Below are positions 1-11,890 of a stretch of 64,000 nucleotides of DNA, one piece after another; positions within the stretch are counted from its first letter, which is position 1; every line of letters begins with the position of its first letter. Below the pieces are notes generated by a model. That model was given only the letters and a program-made list of their open reading frames with translations. It made no database searches and was not told where the DNA came from. The position numbers were made by a program, and so were the translations under genes. Origin of the DNA: Macrostomum lignano. Taxonomy: Eukaryota. The stretch spans positions 62,001-126,000 of the forward strand of contig NIVC01002063.1 in NCBI GenBank assembly GCA_002269645.1, written 5' to 3'.

Positions 1-178
1 CCTGTTTATCTGATCCATATGTTTATCTAATCCATATGTTTATCTGATCCCTGTTTATCTGATCCCTGTTTATCTGATCCCTGTTTATCTGATCCATATG
101 TTTATCTAATCCATATGTTTATCTGATCCCTGTTTATCTGATCCCTGTTTATCTGATCCCTGTTTATCTGATCCCTCT
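1..178. repeat. Minisatellite, 15-17 bp unit (CTGTTTATCTGATCC)
   Basis: Directly visible tandem copies. Confidence 0.9.
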
Positions 179-919
179 TTTCATACTCCCCGATCTTCTC
201 ATCCCTTCAAACCCCATGCTTTTAAACTCTTCCATATCGATTTTCTGTCTTCGAAAAAACCACATTGGAAAAAAACTTTTGTCAAAGATTTCAAAACTGC
301 CACTTTCCTATAGAAGTAAAGTGTGTAGAAAGCATTCCTATAGAGCTCTTAACAGTGTTGCTTTTTACACAAAAAAATTATAAAAGGAAAAAATTCTACT
401 GAACAAAGGAAAAAGTATGTTTCTCCATAGTGAGAACAATAAGAGTAGCGCTTTCGGTTCGACTAAAAAGTTTTCCGTTGTTTCTTAGAATTCCGTCATT
501 CATCTCTGACGGTCTCTTAGATTCCCGAAAAAGTTTTACCTGCAACTCCACCGCCATTGTTGTCTGCTAGAGTTTCGGTTTTAACGGACTAGGGTGGATC
601 TTATTGGGGAATCCAGAAAGCAGTATAAAAGAATGATTGCTTTACATCTTTAGCGCGCTGCTTTTGTTCCTCGGGTTGAACTTGTAGATGGATCTGGTCT
701 TGTGGCTGTCTTCACTCTCCCGATCCTTCCAGCTTTTCTTCTTCCCGTCACTTTCCTGAGCTCTTTCTTGTCATCATCCGAGGCCCAGACTTTCCTTTTC
801 CCGTCTGTCTGCTGAGCCGGCTTCTTTTCACTGATTGCCGTCTCCTGCTTCTCCTGGTGTCTTTCTGCCTACGCTGCATGCTACTAACCTCCTCTGCATT
901 GCCTCTCAGAGCTCTTTCA

Positions 920-1110
920 CCCCCTCTTTTCCCTCTCCCTCTCCCTCTCCCTCTTCCTCTCCCTCTCCCTCTCCCTCTCCCTCTCCCTCTCCCTCTCCCT
1001 CTCCCTCTCCCTCTCCCTCTCCCTCTCTCTCTCCCTCTCCCTCTCCCTCTCCCTCTCTCTCCCTCTCCCTCTCCCTCTCCCTCTCCCTCTCCCTCTCTCT
1101 TTCTCCCTTT
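920..1110. repeat. (CCCTCT)n microsatellite
   Basis: Directly visible. Confidence 0.95.
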
Positions 1111-1867
1111 CCCTCCTTCTCTTCCTCTCCCCCATCTCTCTTCCTCCCTCGCTTACCCTCTTTCTCCCACTCTACCTTTCCCTCTCTCTACTCCTGACCT
1201 GCCTCACCCTCTCTCCCCAGTCGCAACCGCACACAGAAATAGACATGAGTATCGCAGACACAGGAAAATCAAATATCAAGTCAGTAACGAGACAGTGTAA
1301 ATGAAATCAACAAGTACTACATGCTCGTTTTAGTCATCCAGGTCTTCTCCTTATTACCCTTAATCCACAAGTCCTTAATCCCGTCTATAATTCCCCTGGG
1401 CATCTAATAGTTATTTAACCAACCACATAGTAACCGGGCTTAACCAAGCGAACACATCCGTATATTCGTATCAACAGCAAGCAGTTATCGGGTGAGCAAA
1501 ATTCTCCCAATCATGCAACCTGAGGTGCTTACTCCAGCATTTCTCCACTTACTCAGTTAGTTGGGATGAAGAAAAACTATTTTTCCTTTATTTCCCCGCG
1601 GTTTCCCTAACCGAAATGGTATTACTTGTTTTAATAAAGGAACTTTTCTGGCACTATATAGCATTATTTGTCACGCATGACCACACAGTCATATACTGTC
1701 CTTATAATACCGCATTTTCCCGGCAATATTTCTTCTATAAACTGTTTCATAAACGGAATTGAGGAACTTTCTTAAAGTAAGAAAATAGAAACAGTTGTGA
1801 GACTAAACGCAGCCCGCATCTCATTTGCATAGAAGCTTTGTAAAGTTTTTTAAACCGAATAACCCGA

Positions 1868-2232
1868 ATCTCACTTCATGAATCTCAGTTCATGAGTCTC
1901 AGTTCATGAATCTCAGTTCATGAATCTTACTTCATGAATCTCAGTTCATGGATCTTACTTCATGAATCTCAGTTCATGAATCTCGCTTCATGAATCTCAG
2001 TTCATGAGTCTCAGTTCATGAATCTCAGTTCATGGATCTTACTTCATGAATCTCAGTTCATGAATCTCAGTTCATGAATCTCAGTTCATGAATCATACTT
2101 CGTGAATCTCAGTTCATGAATCATACTTCGTGAATCTCAGTTCATGAATCATACTTCGTGAATCTCAGTTCATGAATCATACTTCGTGAATCTCAGTTCA
2201 TGAATCTCAGTTGATGAATCATACTTCATGAA
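1868..2232. repeat. Minisatellite, 14-bp unit (CATGAATCTCAGTT)
   Basis: Directly visible. Confidence 0.92.
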
Positions 2233-2425
2233 TGTCGTGAATCCCCTGAATCTCATACCCGCAATCTCATATCCTGAATTTCGTGCACTAATTTCATAAC
2301 CTGAATCTCACACCTGGATCTCATATCCTGAATCTCACACCCTAAATGTTGGGTTGCTGGGGCAATAAAGAGCTTTTTTATCTGTTACTAATATCTCGAA
2401 GCCCAACTGTTGCCCAACCCCTCAG

Positions 2426-5400
2426 ACTGACTGTGACGGCAATGTGCCCCATGGACCTGACCTATTTTCCTATGGACGCTCAGATCTGCTCAGTGGAAAT
2501 TGAAAGCTGTGAGTAGTCGATTGTGGTAAATGGTTTTGAGTTGCTATTTAAATTTACCTGTTCTCATGTGGTAGGGAAGATTATTGCCAGAGTAAGATTC
2601 ATGGTATAATACTCCGGGTTTTACACTCAGGGTGTGAGATTCAGGGCTTTAGACTCAGGGTGTGAGATTCAGAGTGTGAGATTCAGCATGTGAGATTCAG
2701 GGTGTGAGATTCAGGGTGTGAGATACAGGGTGTGAGATTCAGGGCTTTAGACTCAGGGTGTGAGATTCAGGGTGTGAGATACAGGGTGTGAGATTCAGGG
2801 TGTGAGATTCAGGGTGTGAGATTCAGGGTGTGAGATTCAGGGTGTGAGATTCAGGGTGTGAGTTTCAGTGTATGAGATTCAAGGTGTGAGATTCAGGGTG
2901 TGAGATTCAGGGTGTGAGATTCAGGGTGTGAGATTCAGGGTATGAGATTCATGCCGAGAGATTAACGGCATGGTTATCTAAGTTGGGATTCAGAATGCGA
3001 GTTTCTTATTGTTATTTAGGAACTGAAGTTAAGGTCTCAGATTCATTCACCTATATCAAGCCTATTAACCAACAATTAACCACGAGCAACATCCTGTCAC
3101 AAACCAGTTGGCTACACCACCAAAGACATTCGATACAGCTGGGACGCGAACCGACCGCTGGAGGTGTCCGAAGATGTCCGCCTGCCTCAGTACATTGTCC
3201 GGGGCAAACGGAAACGCATTCGAGAAGTGGAACTTTCCACGGGTAAGTTGAAGGGGGCCGATTTTTGCTAATCCTAATTTTACCTCACAAAATGCAGATG
3301 AAATTTATTCGAAATTACAGGAAACTATTCCAGACTTGCAGCGGAGTTCTACTTTGCCAGGAGTATGGGCTATTACCTCATCCAAATCTACATTCCCAGC
3401 ACTCTGATTGTGGTGCTTAGCTGGGTTAGTTTCTGGCTATCTAGATCTGCCGTACCTGCGCGAGTGGCTCTGGGTTTGTAAAGTTTCCATCAACTACTTC
3501 TTGCTGCTAGGATTGAGGGAGTGAAATAGCAGTAGCTGGTTCATTGGCTGGGAGGAGTCAAGGAGGGAGGTGGGTATCGTCGTTTCATTGGCTGGGGAGT
3601 TAAGGAGTGAGGTGGGTGTCGCCGTTTCATTGGCTAGGGGAAGTCAAGGAGTGAGGTGGGTGTCGTCGTTTCATTGGCTTGGAGGAGTCAAGGAGTGAGG
3701 TGGGTGTCGCCGTTTCATTGGCTGGGAGGAGTCAAGGAGTGAGGTGGGTGTCTCCGCTTCATTGGCTGGGAGGAGTCAAGGAGTAAGGTCGCTACCAATC
3801 AGTTTTACTTAGAAACAAAATTATTGTAAATCAGCGTAGTAATAAAATTTCTCTTCTAAAATTCTCGAAGGCATCACCACCGTGCTCACCATGACAACTT
3901 TGATCTCGTCAACTAATGCCGCACTGCCAAAGATCAGCTATCTAAAATCCATAGACGTGTACCTGGTCACGTGCTTCTTTATGGTGTTCGCTTCGTTATT
4001 GGAATACGCGGCGGTGTGCTATTTAGAGAAGTGCTCAAACAGGTTGACGAAAGCGGCAGCTGCTTTGGAGTCCTCGAGCGGCCCTCAAACCGGATTTGGC
4101 GAATCTAGGTGTCGGCAACAGGTGAAAAGAGGAAACAGGCGGTGCTTCTTGAACTCGTCTGGAAGGCAAGCCGGTTGGCTGACCCAATCGGGGGGCACCG
4201 TTCGTGAGCTGGTGAGACCATTTACCTTCATATACCTGAGTAATGTCATTGTCAAGTTACTTTGAACAAAACAATCAGAAATTCAAATACCAGAACAGAA
4301 TCTGCATATGCTTAATTTCTTTTGAGTAACAATTTTGCGTCATTTGATTTGGCGCCAATTTTACAGTAATTTCTTCTTAGATTTTGGCGCTTTTTATCGA
4401 CTTCTTGGTGCTACAGTTAGTTAGCGATTCTGTCAAATTTTTGTCCCGGTTTTACACCCAAAAATCCAAAATCTGTCTTTAGGAACCTGAGGCCACTTGG
4501 ACTGTTTAAAAGCCCTCAATTACGAGCTATCTGCCTGCAAGGAAATACCTGGCACTGGCAGTTAATCACCTGGCTAACTGATCCAGCAGGACAAACTATT
4601 AGTTGCTCAACTTGTCTTGTTTATATTTTTTATAAAAAGCGTCTTTTGAGCAAAGATCCTTGGGGATTATGGAGAGTCTTCTGTAAATCCAGTTGAGTCC
4701 AAGATTAACAGTCCCCGATGCCCTATACTCGTACTAAGATCAGGTGGGTAAATTCAGGTAGGTAAATACGGTTGAAAATTACTTATGTTCGATTTACCTC
4801 AACTGGCAGGTAAAAATGACCAAAGTTAGTGAAGTCCTTCTGACAGTTTGAGCGTCGAAAAAACATGTCAAACGTCCAGATACCTGTTTCTTTACTACAC
4901 AGGTATGCATTTCTTAGTGTCAAGAAATGAACCAAATTTAAAAGGTGACATGACTCACAGGTCCAACTCACAGATTGGACTGACGCACTGACTCACAGAT
5001 TGGACTGACGCACTGACTCACAGATTGGACTGACTCACAGATTGGACTGACGCACTGACTCACAGATTGGACTGCCTCACAGATTGGACTGCCTCACAGA
5101 TTGGACTGACTCACAGATTGGACTGACTCACAGATTGGACTGACTCACTGACTCACAGATTGGACTGACGCACTGACTCAGATTGGACTGACGCACTGAC
5201 TCAGATTGGACTGACGCACTGACTCAGATTGGACTGACGCACAGACTCAGATTGGACTGACGCACTGACTCACAGATTGGACTGACGCACTGACTCACAG
5301 ATTGGACTGACGCACTGACTCACAGATTGGACTGACGCACTGACTCACAGATTGGACTGACTCACAGATTGGACTGACTCACAGATTGGACTGACGCACT

Positions 5401-8400
5401 GACTCACAGATTGGACTGACTCACAGATTGGACTGACTCACAGATTGGACTGACTCACAGATTGGACTGACTCACAGATTGGACTGACTCACAGATTGGA
5501 CTGACGCACTGACTCACAGATTGGACTGACGCACTGACTCACAGATTGGACTGACGCACTGACTCACAGATTGGACTGACGCACTGACTCACAGATTGGA
5601 CTGACTCACAGATTGGACTGACTCACAGATTGGACTGACGCACTGACTCACAGATTGGACTGACTCACAGATTGGACTGACTCACAGATTGGACTGACTC
5701 ACAGATTGGACTGACTCACAGATTGGACTGACTCACAGATTGGACTGACGCACTGACTCACAGATTGGACTGACGCACTGACTCACAGATTGGACTGACT
5801 CACAGATTGGACTGACGCACTGACTCAGATTGGACTGACGCACTGACTCAGATTGGACTGACGCACAGATTGGACTGACTCACAGATTGGACTGACTCAC
5901 AGATTGGACTGACACACTGACTCACAGATTGGACTGACTCACAGATTGGACTGACTCACAGATTGGACTGACTCACAGATTGGACTGACTCACAGATTGG
6001 ACTGACGCACTGACTCACAGATTGGACTGACTCACAGATTGGACTGACGCACTGACTCACAGATTGGACTGACTCACAGATTGGACTGACTCACAGATTG
6101 GACTGACTCACAGATTGGACTGACTCACAGATTGGACTGACTCACAGATTGGACTGACTCACAGATTGGACTGACTCACAGATTGGACTGACGCACTGAC
6201 TCACAGATTGGACTGACGCACTGACTCACAGATCCAACCAAAGGTTTGACTAAAATTCCGAAGATCAGCATCATGGGGCTGTTGTGCACCCTGGCGCATT
6301 GCATTTTAAGCGACATTGTCACACAACCGGCCAGAGGCATTGCTGCCCATTCCGCCGACTTCCCCTGAGCAGGCAGGCACACAGGCGCGCGGAAACGTAC
6401 GCAGTCATACGCACAGGCACACACTCACACAGGCAGGAGTGTGCAGCAGCCCTAACGTTTTTATCGTTGGGCATGTACACTTCACTGTGCCTTGGGGGTT
6501 AGCCCTCAAGGCCGTTAATTGGACAAGCAGAGCCAAGCCGAGATTCCAATTTAGTTCCAAATTAGTGTGACTGCACTTGGAATCGAGCCTGGGCACTCCA
6601 TAACCTCAGAGCGCCGAGCCAGACCACTAGGCTATTGCCCCCAGTATCATGGATACTTGTTCGTAAAATAGGCAGGAAATATATTTATTTATAATTTCGT
6701 TTAAAAAAGCTGCAATAAAAAGTTACTTTGACATAATTTGGTTTGTAAATTAACTATTATTGCATACACAGTCAGGTGTGATAATTATGTTTAGGTGTCA
6801 TAGAGCTATAATTAGATTATCTTATCAGCTAACGCCGCGTCTTAAATGTTCAAAGGCGCCGTCGGAGATGAAAGAGACAAGATAAGACAAGAGCCATTCT
6901 CATCTGTGCACACCACACCTCTCTAACCGTAAATTTTAATTGCTCCACGGTAAAAAATGCACAAAACGCGCTCGCAGGACAGCCGCCGGTTAAAGGTGCT
7001 CTATCCCAGGTTCAGAGCGGCGGGCTCGAGTCAGCTCACGCACCGCCTTCGGGGCTGCTCCCACAGCTCGCCTCTGTTCCAGACTCGAACCCGGCACCAG
7101 CCCCATCATCAAGCTGAGCAGCCAGCTGCGGACGCACATAACAGCGTTAGGCTAATAATTGTCTCATTATTATTTATATTGAAGTTTTTCTTTTCGATCG
7201 AGTCATTATTCTTTTGGTATTTTTTGTGTTTGCTATATTTTACTTACTTTCTGCATGCCTGCGGTAATTACGCCTGCAATTGATTTATTAGAGGTTTCAT
7301 TTTTTAGTTGTAGCCTGAGTTTCAGCCTGTCGCTTCAGTTCTAGTTAGTCGCTTCAGTTCCAGTCGCTTCAGTTCCAGTCGCTTCAGTTCCAGTTAGTCG
7401 CTTCAGTTCCAGTCGCTTCAGTTCCAGTCGCTTCAGTTCCAGTTAGTCGCTTCAGTTCCAGTCGCTTCAGTTCCAGTCGCTTCAGTTCCAGTTAGTCGCT
7501 TCAGTTCCAGTCGCTTCAGTTCCAGTTAGTCGCTTCAGTTCCAGTCGCTTCAGTTCCAGTTAGTCACTTCAGTTCTAGTCGCTTCAGTTCCAGTCGCTTC
7601 AGTTCCAGTTAGTCGCTTCAGTTCCAGTCGCTTCAGTTCCAGTTAGTCGCTTCAGTTCCAGTCGCTTCAGTTCCATTTAGTCACTTCAGTTCCAGTTAGT
7701 CGCTTAAGTTCCAGTTAGTCGCTTCAGTTCCAGTTAGTCGCTTCAGTTCAAGTTAGTCGCTTCAGTTCCAGTCGCTTCAGTTCAAGTTAGTCGCTTCAGT
7801 TCCAGTTAGTCGCTTCAGTTCCAGTTAGTCGCTTCAGTTCCAGTTAGTCGCTTCAGTTCAAGTTAGTCACTTCAGTTCCAGTCGCTTCAGTTCCAGTCGC
7901 TTCAGTTCCAGTCGCTTCAGTTCCAGTCGCTTCAGTTCCAGTTAGTCGCTTCAGTTCAAGTTAGTCACTTCAGTTCCAGTTAGTCGCTTCAGTTCAAGTT
8001 AGTCGCTTCAGTTCCAGTTAGTCGCTTCAGTTCCAGTTAGTCGCTTCAGTTCCAGTTAGTCGCTTCAGTTCCAGTTAGTCGCTTCAGTTCAAGTTAGTCA
8101 CTTCAGTTCCAGTCGCTTCAGTTCCAGTCGCTTCAGTTCCAGTCGCTTCAGTTCCAGTCGCTTCAGTTCCAGTCGCTTCAGTTCCAGTCGCTTCAGCTCC
8201 AGTCGCCTCAGCTCCAGTCGCTTCAGTTCCAGTCGCTTCAGTTCCAGACGCTTCAGTTCCAGTTAGTCGCTTCAGTTCCAGTCACTTCAGTTCCAGTCGC
8301 TTCAGTTCCAGTCGCTTCAGTTCCAGTTAGTCGCTTCAGTTCCAGTCGCTTCAGTTCCAGTCGCTTCAGCTTCATTTAGTCAATTCAGTTCCAGTTAGTC

Positions 8401-11400
8401 GCTTAAGTTCCAGTTAGTCGCTTCAGTTCAAGTTAGTCGCTTCAGTTCAAGTTAGTCGCTTCAGTTCAAGTTAGTCGCTTCAGTTCAAGTTAGTCGCTTC
8501 AGTTCAAGTTAGTCGCTTCAGTTCAAGTTAGTCGCTTCAGTTCCAGTTAGTCGCTTCAGTTCCAGTTAGTCGCTTCAGTTCCAGTTAGTCGCTTCAGTTC
8601 CAGTTAGTCGCTTCAGTTCAAGTTAGTCACTTCAGTTCCAGTCGCTTCAGTTCCAGTCGCTTCAGTTCCAGTCGCTTCAGTTCCAGTCGCTTCAGTTCCA
8701 GTCGCTTCAGTTCCAGTCGCTTCAGCTCCAGTCGCTTCAGTTCCAGTCGCTTCAGTTCCAGTCGCTTCAGTTCCAGTCGCTTCAGTTCCAGTCGCTTCAG
8801 TTCCAGTCGCTTCAGTTCCAGTCGCTTCAGTTCCAGTTAGTCGCTTCAGTTCAAGTTAGTCACTTCAGTTCCAGTCGCTTCAGTTCCAGTCGCTTCAGTT
8901 CCAGTTAGTCGCTTCAGTTCAAGTTAGTCACTTCAGTTCCAGTCGCTTCAGTTCCAGTCGCTTAAGTTCCAGTTAGTCGCTTCAGTTCCAGTCGCTTCAG
9001 TTCCAGTCGCTTCAGCTTCATTTAGTCAATTCAGTTCCAGTCGCTTAAGTTCCAGTTAGTCGCTTCAGTTCCAGTCGCTTCAGTTCCAGTCGCTTCAGCT
9101 TCATTTAGTCAATTCAGTTCCAGTTAGTGGCTTAAGTTCCAGTTAGTCGCTTCAGTTCAAGTTAGTCGCTTCAGTTCCAGTTAGTCGCTTCAGTTCCAGT
9201 TAGTCGCTTCAGTTCCAGTTAGTCGCTTCAGTTCCAGTTAGTCGCTTCAGTTCAAGTTAGTCACTTCAGTTCCAGTCGCTTCAGTTCCAGTCGCTTCAGT
9301 TCCAGCCGCTTCAGTTCCAGTCGCTTCAGTTCCAGTCGCTTCAGTTCCAGTCGCTTCAGTTCCAGTCGCTTCAGTTCCAGTCGCTTCAGTTCCAGTCGCT
9401 TCAGTTCCAGTCGCTTCAGTTCCAGTCGCTTCAGTTCCAGTCGCTTCAGTTCCAGTCGCTTCAGTTCCAGTCGCTTCAGTTCCAGTCGCTTCAGTTCCAG
9501 TCGCTTCAGTTCCAGTCGCTTCAGTTCCAGTCGCTTCAGTTCCATTTAGTCACTTCAGTTCCAGTTAGTCGCTTAAGTTCCAGTTAGTCGCTTCAGTTCC
9601 AGTTAGTCGCTTCAGTTCAAGTTAGTCGCTTCAGTTCCAGTCGCTTCAGTTCAAGTTAGTCGCTTCAGTTCCAGTTAGTCGCTTCAGTTCAAGTTAGTCG
9701 CTTCAGTTCAAGTTAGTCGCTTCAGTTCAAGTTAGTCGCTTCAGTTCCAGTTAGTCGCTTCAGTTCAAGTTAGTCGCTTCAGTTCCAGTCGCTTCAGTTC
9801 AAGTTAGTCGCTTCAGTTCCAGTTAGTCGCTTCAGTTCAAGTTAGTCGCTTCAGTTCCAGTTAGTCGCTTCAGTTCAAGTTAGTCGCTTCAGTTCCAGTT
9901 AGTCGCTTCACTTCCAGTCGCTTCAGTTCAAGTTAGTCGCTTCAGTTCCAGTTAGTCGCTTCAGTTCAAGTTAGTCGCTTCAGTTCCAGTTAGTCGCTTC
10001 AGTTCCAGTCGCTTCAGTTCCATTTAGTCACTTCAGTTCAAGTTAGTCGCTTTAGTTCCAGTCGCTTCAGTTCCAGTCGCTTCAGTTCAAGTTAGTCGCT
10101 TCAGTTCCAGTTAGTCGCTTCAGTTCCAGTTAGTCGCTTCAGTTCCAGTCGCTTCAGTTCAATTTAGTCGCTTCAGTTCCAGTCGCTTCAGCTCCAGTCG
10201 CTTCAGTTCCAGTCGCTTCAGTTCCAGTCGCTTCAGTTCCAGTCGCTTCAGTTCCAGTCGCTTCAGTTCCAGTCGCTTCAGTTCCAGTCGCTTCAGTTCC
10301 AGTCGCTTCAGTTCCAGTCGCTTCAGTTCCAGTCGCTTCAGTTCCAGTCGCTTCAGTTCCAGTCGCTTCAGTTCCAGTCGCTTCAGTTCCAGTCGCTTCA
10401 GTTCCAGTTAGTCGCTTCAGTTCCAGTCGCTTCAGTTCCAGTCGCTTCAGTTCCAGTCGCTTCAGTTCCAGTCGCTTCAGTTCCAGTTAGTCGCTTCAGT
10501 TCCAGTTAGTCGCTTCAGTTCCAGTCGCTTCAGTTCCAGTCGCTTCAGTTCCAGTTAGTCGCTTCAGTTCCAGTCGCTTCAGTTCCAGTTAGTCGCTTCA
10601 GTTCCAGTTAGTCGCTTCAGTTCCAGTTAGTCGCTTCAGTTCTAGTTAGTCGCTTCAGTTCCAGTTAGTCGCTTCAGTTCCAGTTAGTCGCTTCAGTTCC
10701 AGTCGCTTCAGTTCCAGTCGCTTCAGTTCTAGAAAATCGCGTCTAATTTTATAGTTTGGTCGCTGAACTATCATATTTATCAGTGATAACCACTTTATAA
10801 ATATTTATTTTCTTTAATTTAATTGTCTCAATTTAAAACGCAGTGAAGCATGATTAATCTGTCGTCAATTTTTATGGTTATTAACTCTTTTTTATCACAA
10901 AAAAGCTACTAAATATTGTGAAAGTTTCTGTAAAAAAACAACAATCACTAAAATCGACACTCGGCTCTAACTGAATTACGTAGCAACGCCAGAACGAAAA
11001 GCGTACAACTACAGATAAAAATGGTAGAAAGCGGTTGAATTTCTTTCAACAAAATTTGCATACTCCAATCTAAATTTAAAATGAGACGCGCTCTTCGCTT
11101 ATCGAGCAAGAGATGTGTGCCAAGGTCCAACTGAAATCTCGGTAATTTGAGTCTAGAAAATTTCAACCAGACAGGCAGTCGGTGAGCAAAATTTCTTAGA
11201 CAGCTAGAAAGAAAATTACGCATTAAATTTTCACCGCAGGAGCTGCAACGCTTCCTGCATGGCCGGGTGGTCTGCAATCCCAGCACCAATGCCGAGTCAT
11301 CGACGGTAGGCGCCTCAGGAGTTGACGCCGCTCCGGAGACCATCGCGGAGGTTGTCGAGACAAACGCGGAAACTTCCACTGCGGCTGCAGCAGCCGCTCT

Positions 11401-11632
11401 GCTGGGCAATTGTCAGAGCAGCGACCCGCTTTGCGAGGCAGGCGGTAACAGACCGGCTTCTTGCAGGTACTGCGTATCAAAGTCTGCACCATCCAGGGTG
11501 GACATGAACTCCCGGCTGGTGTTTCCGCTGGCTTTTACCTGCTTCAACATCATCTACTGGCTGGCGTACATGCGACTGTCTGACGACACGGAGACTCTGT
11601 TCAACGAGTTCGATATTATTGGCGGCAATTGA
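2426..11632 (+). CDS. Rdl: GABA-gated chloride channel subunit, RDL-like Cys-loop receptor (5' exons lie before the window)
   Basis: Phase-compatible GT-AG exons: 2426-2508 ([28 protein letters not shown], Cys loop), 3108-3242 ([12 protein letters not shown]...LPQY...LSTG), 3321-3473 (NYSRL...[14 protein letters not shown]...WVSFWL...PARVALG), 3871-4121 ([31 protein letters not shown]...LLEYAAV), a possible loop exon 6978-7145, and 11240-11632 (M4: [23 protein letters not shown], stop). Motifs match RDL as recalled from memory. The 83-bp and 153-bp exon sizes are typical of GABA-A/GlyR genes. Confidence 0.93.
2625..2952. repeat. Minisatellite, 14-bp unit (TCAGGGTGTGAGAT)
   Basis: Directly visible; inverted copies at about 2245-2345. 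Confidence 0.92.
3535..3790. repeat. Minisatellite, ~45-bp unit (GTTTCATTGGCTGGGAGGAGTCAAGGAGTGAGGTGGGTGTC..)
   Basis: About six visible copies. Confidence 0.88.
4965..6232. repeat. Minisatellite, 17/25-bp units (GACTCACAGATTGGACT +/- GACGCACT)
   Basis: Directly visible. Confidence 0.95.
6272..6642 (-). mobile_element. tRNA-derived SINE, family A (full length)
   Basis: The reverse complement starts with an A box (TAGCCTAGTGG) and a B-box-like GGCTCGATTCC. The body aligns by eye with 45953-46315. Confidence 0.8.
7326..10732. repeat. 3.4-kb minisatellite, 15/19-bp units (AGTCGCTTCAGTTCC +/- AGTT)
   Basis: Directly visible; source of the LELKR ORF. Confidence 0.97.
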
Positions 11633-11776
11633 CGGGTTGCTCTATAGTGGATCAACTCATAATGTGCAACGCATGACTTTTATTTAGCCATAAGGTTCCT
11701 GTCCTGCAGAAACATTTAACCTGACCCAATTTCTAGCTAGCAAAAACATGCACTCAAGTTTAAGTACTATCCGCTC

Positions 11777-11890
11777 TCCCAGATCCTCAGTTGCTGGGCC
11801 AGCCTCCCAGATCCTCAGTTGCGGGGCCAGCCTCCCAGATCCTCAGTTGCTTGGCCAGCCTCCCAGATCCTCAGTTGCGGGACCAGCCGC
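11777..11890. repeat. ~29-bp unit array (CCCAGATCCTCAGTTGCTGGGCCAGCCT)
   Basis: The same unit recurs at 16294-16560 and, inverted, at 17038-17250. Confidence 0.88.

Noticed and set aside
4783-4971. Small ORF or extra RDL exon near 4838-4902
   Set aside because: The phase (0 to 2) does not fit the neighbouring exons and there is no recognisable homology.
7326-10732. Long regular arrays as CRISPR loci (also 49012-51498 and others)
   Set aside because: They are head-to-tail tandem units with no unique spacers and no cas genes, in a spliced eukaryotic context.
10948-11492. Minus-strand ORFs overlapping the last RDL exon (similarly the antisense ORFs over IF, SNAPC4 and PPIP5K exons)
   Set aside because: They are antisense shadows of GC-rich coding exons with no recognisable motifs.
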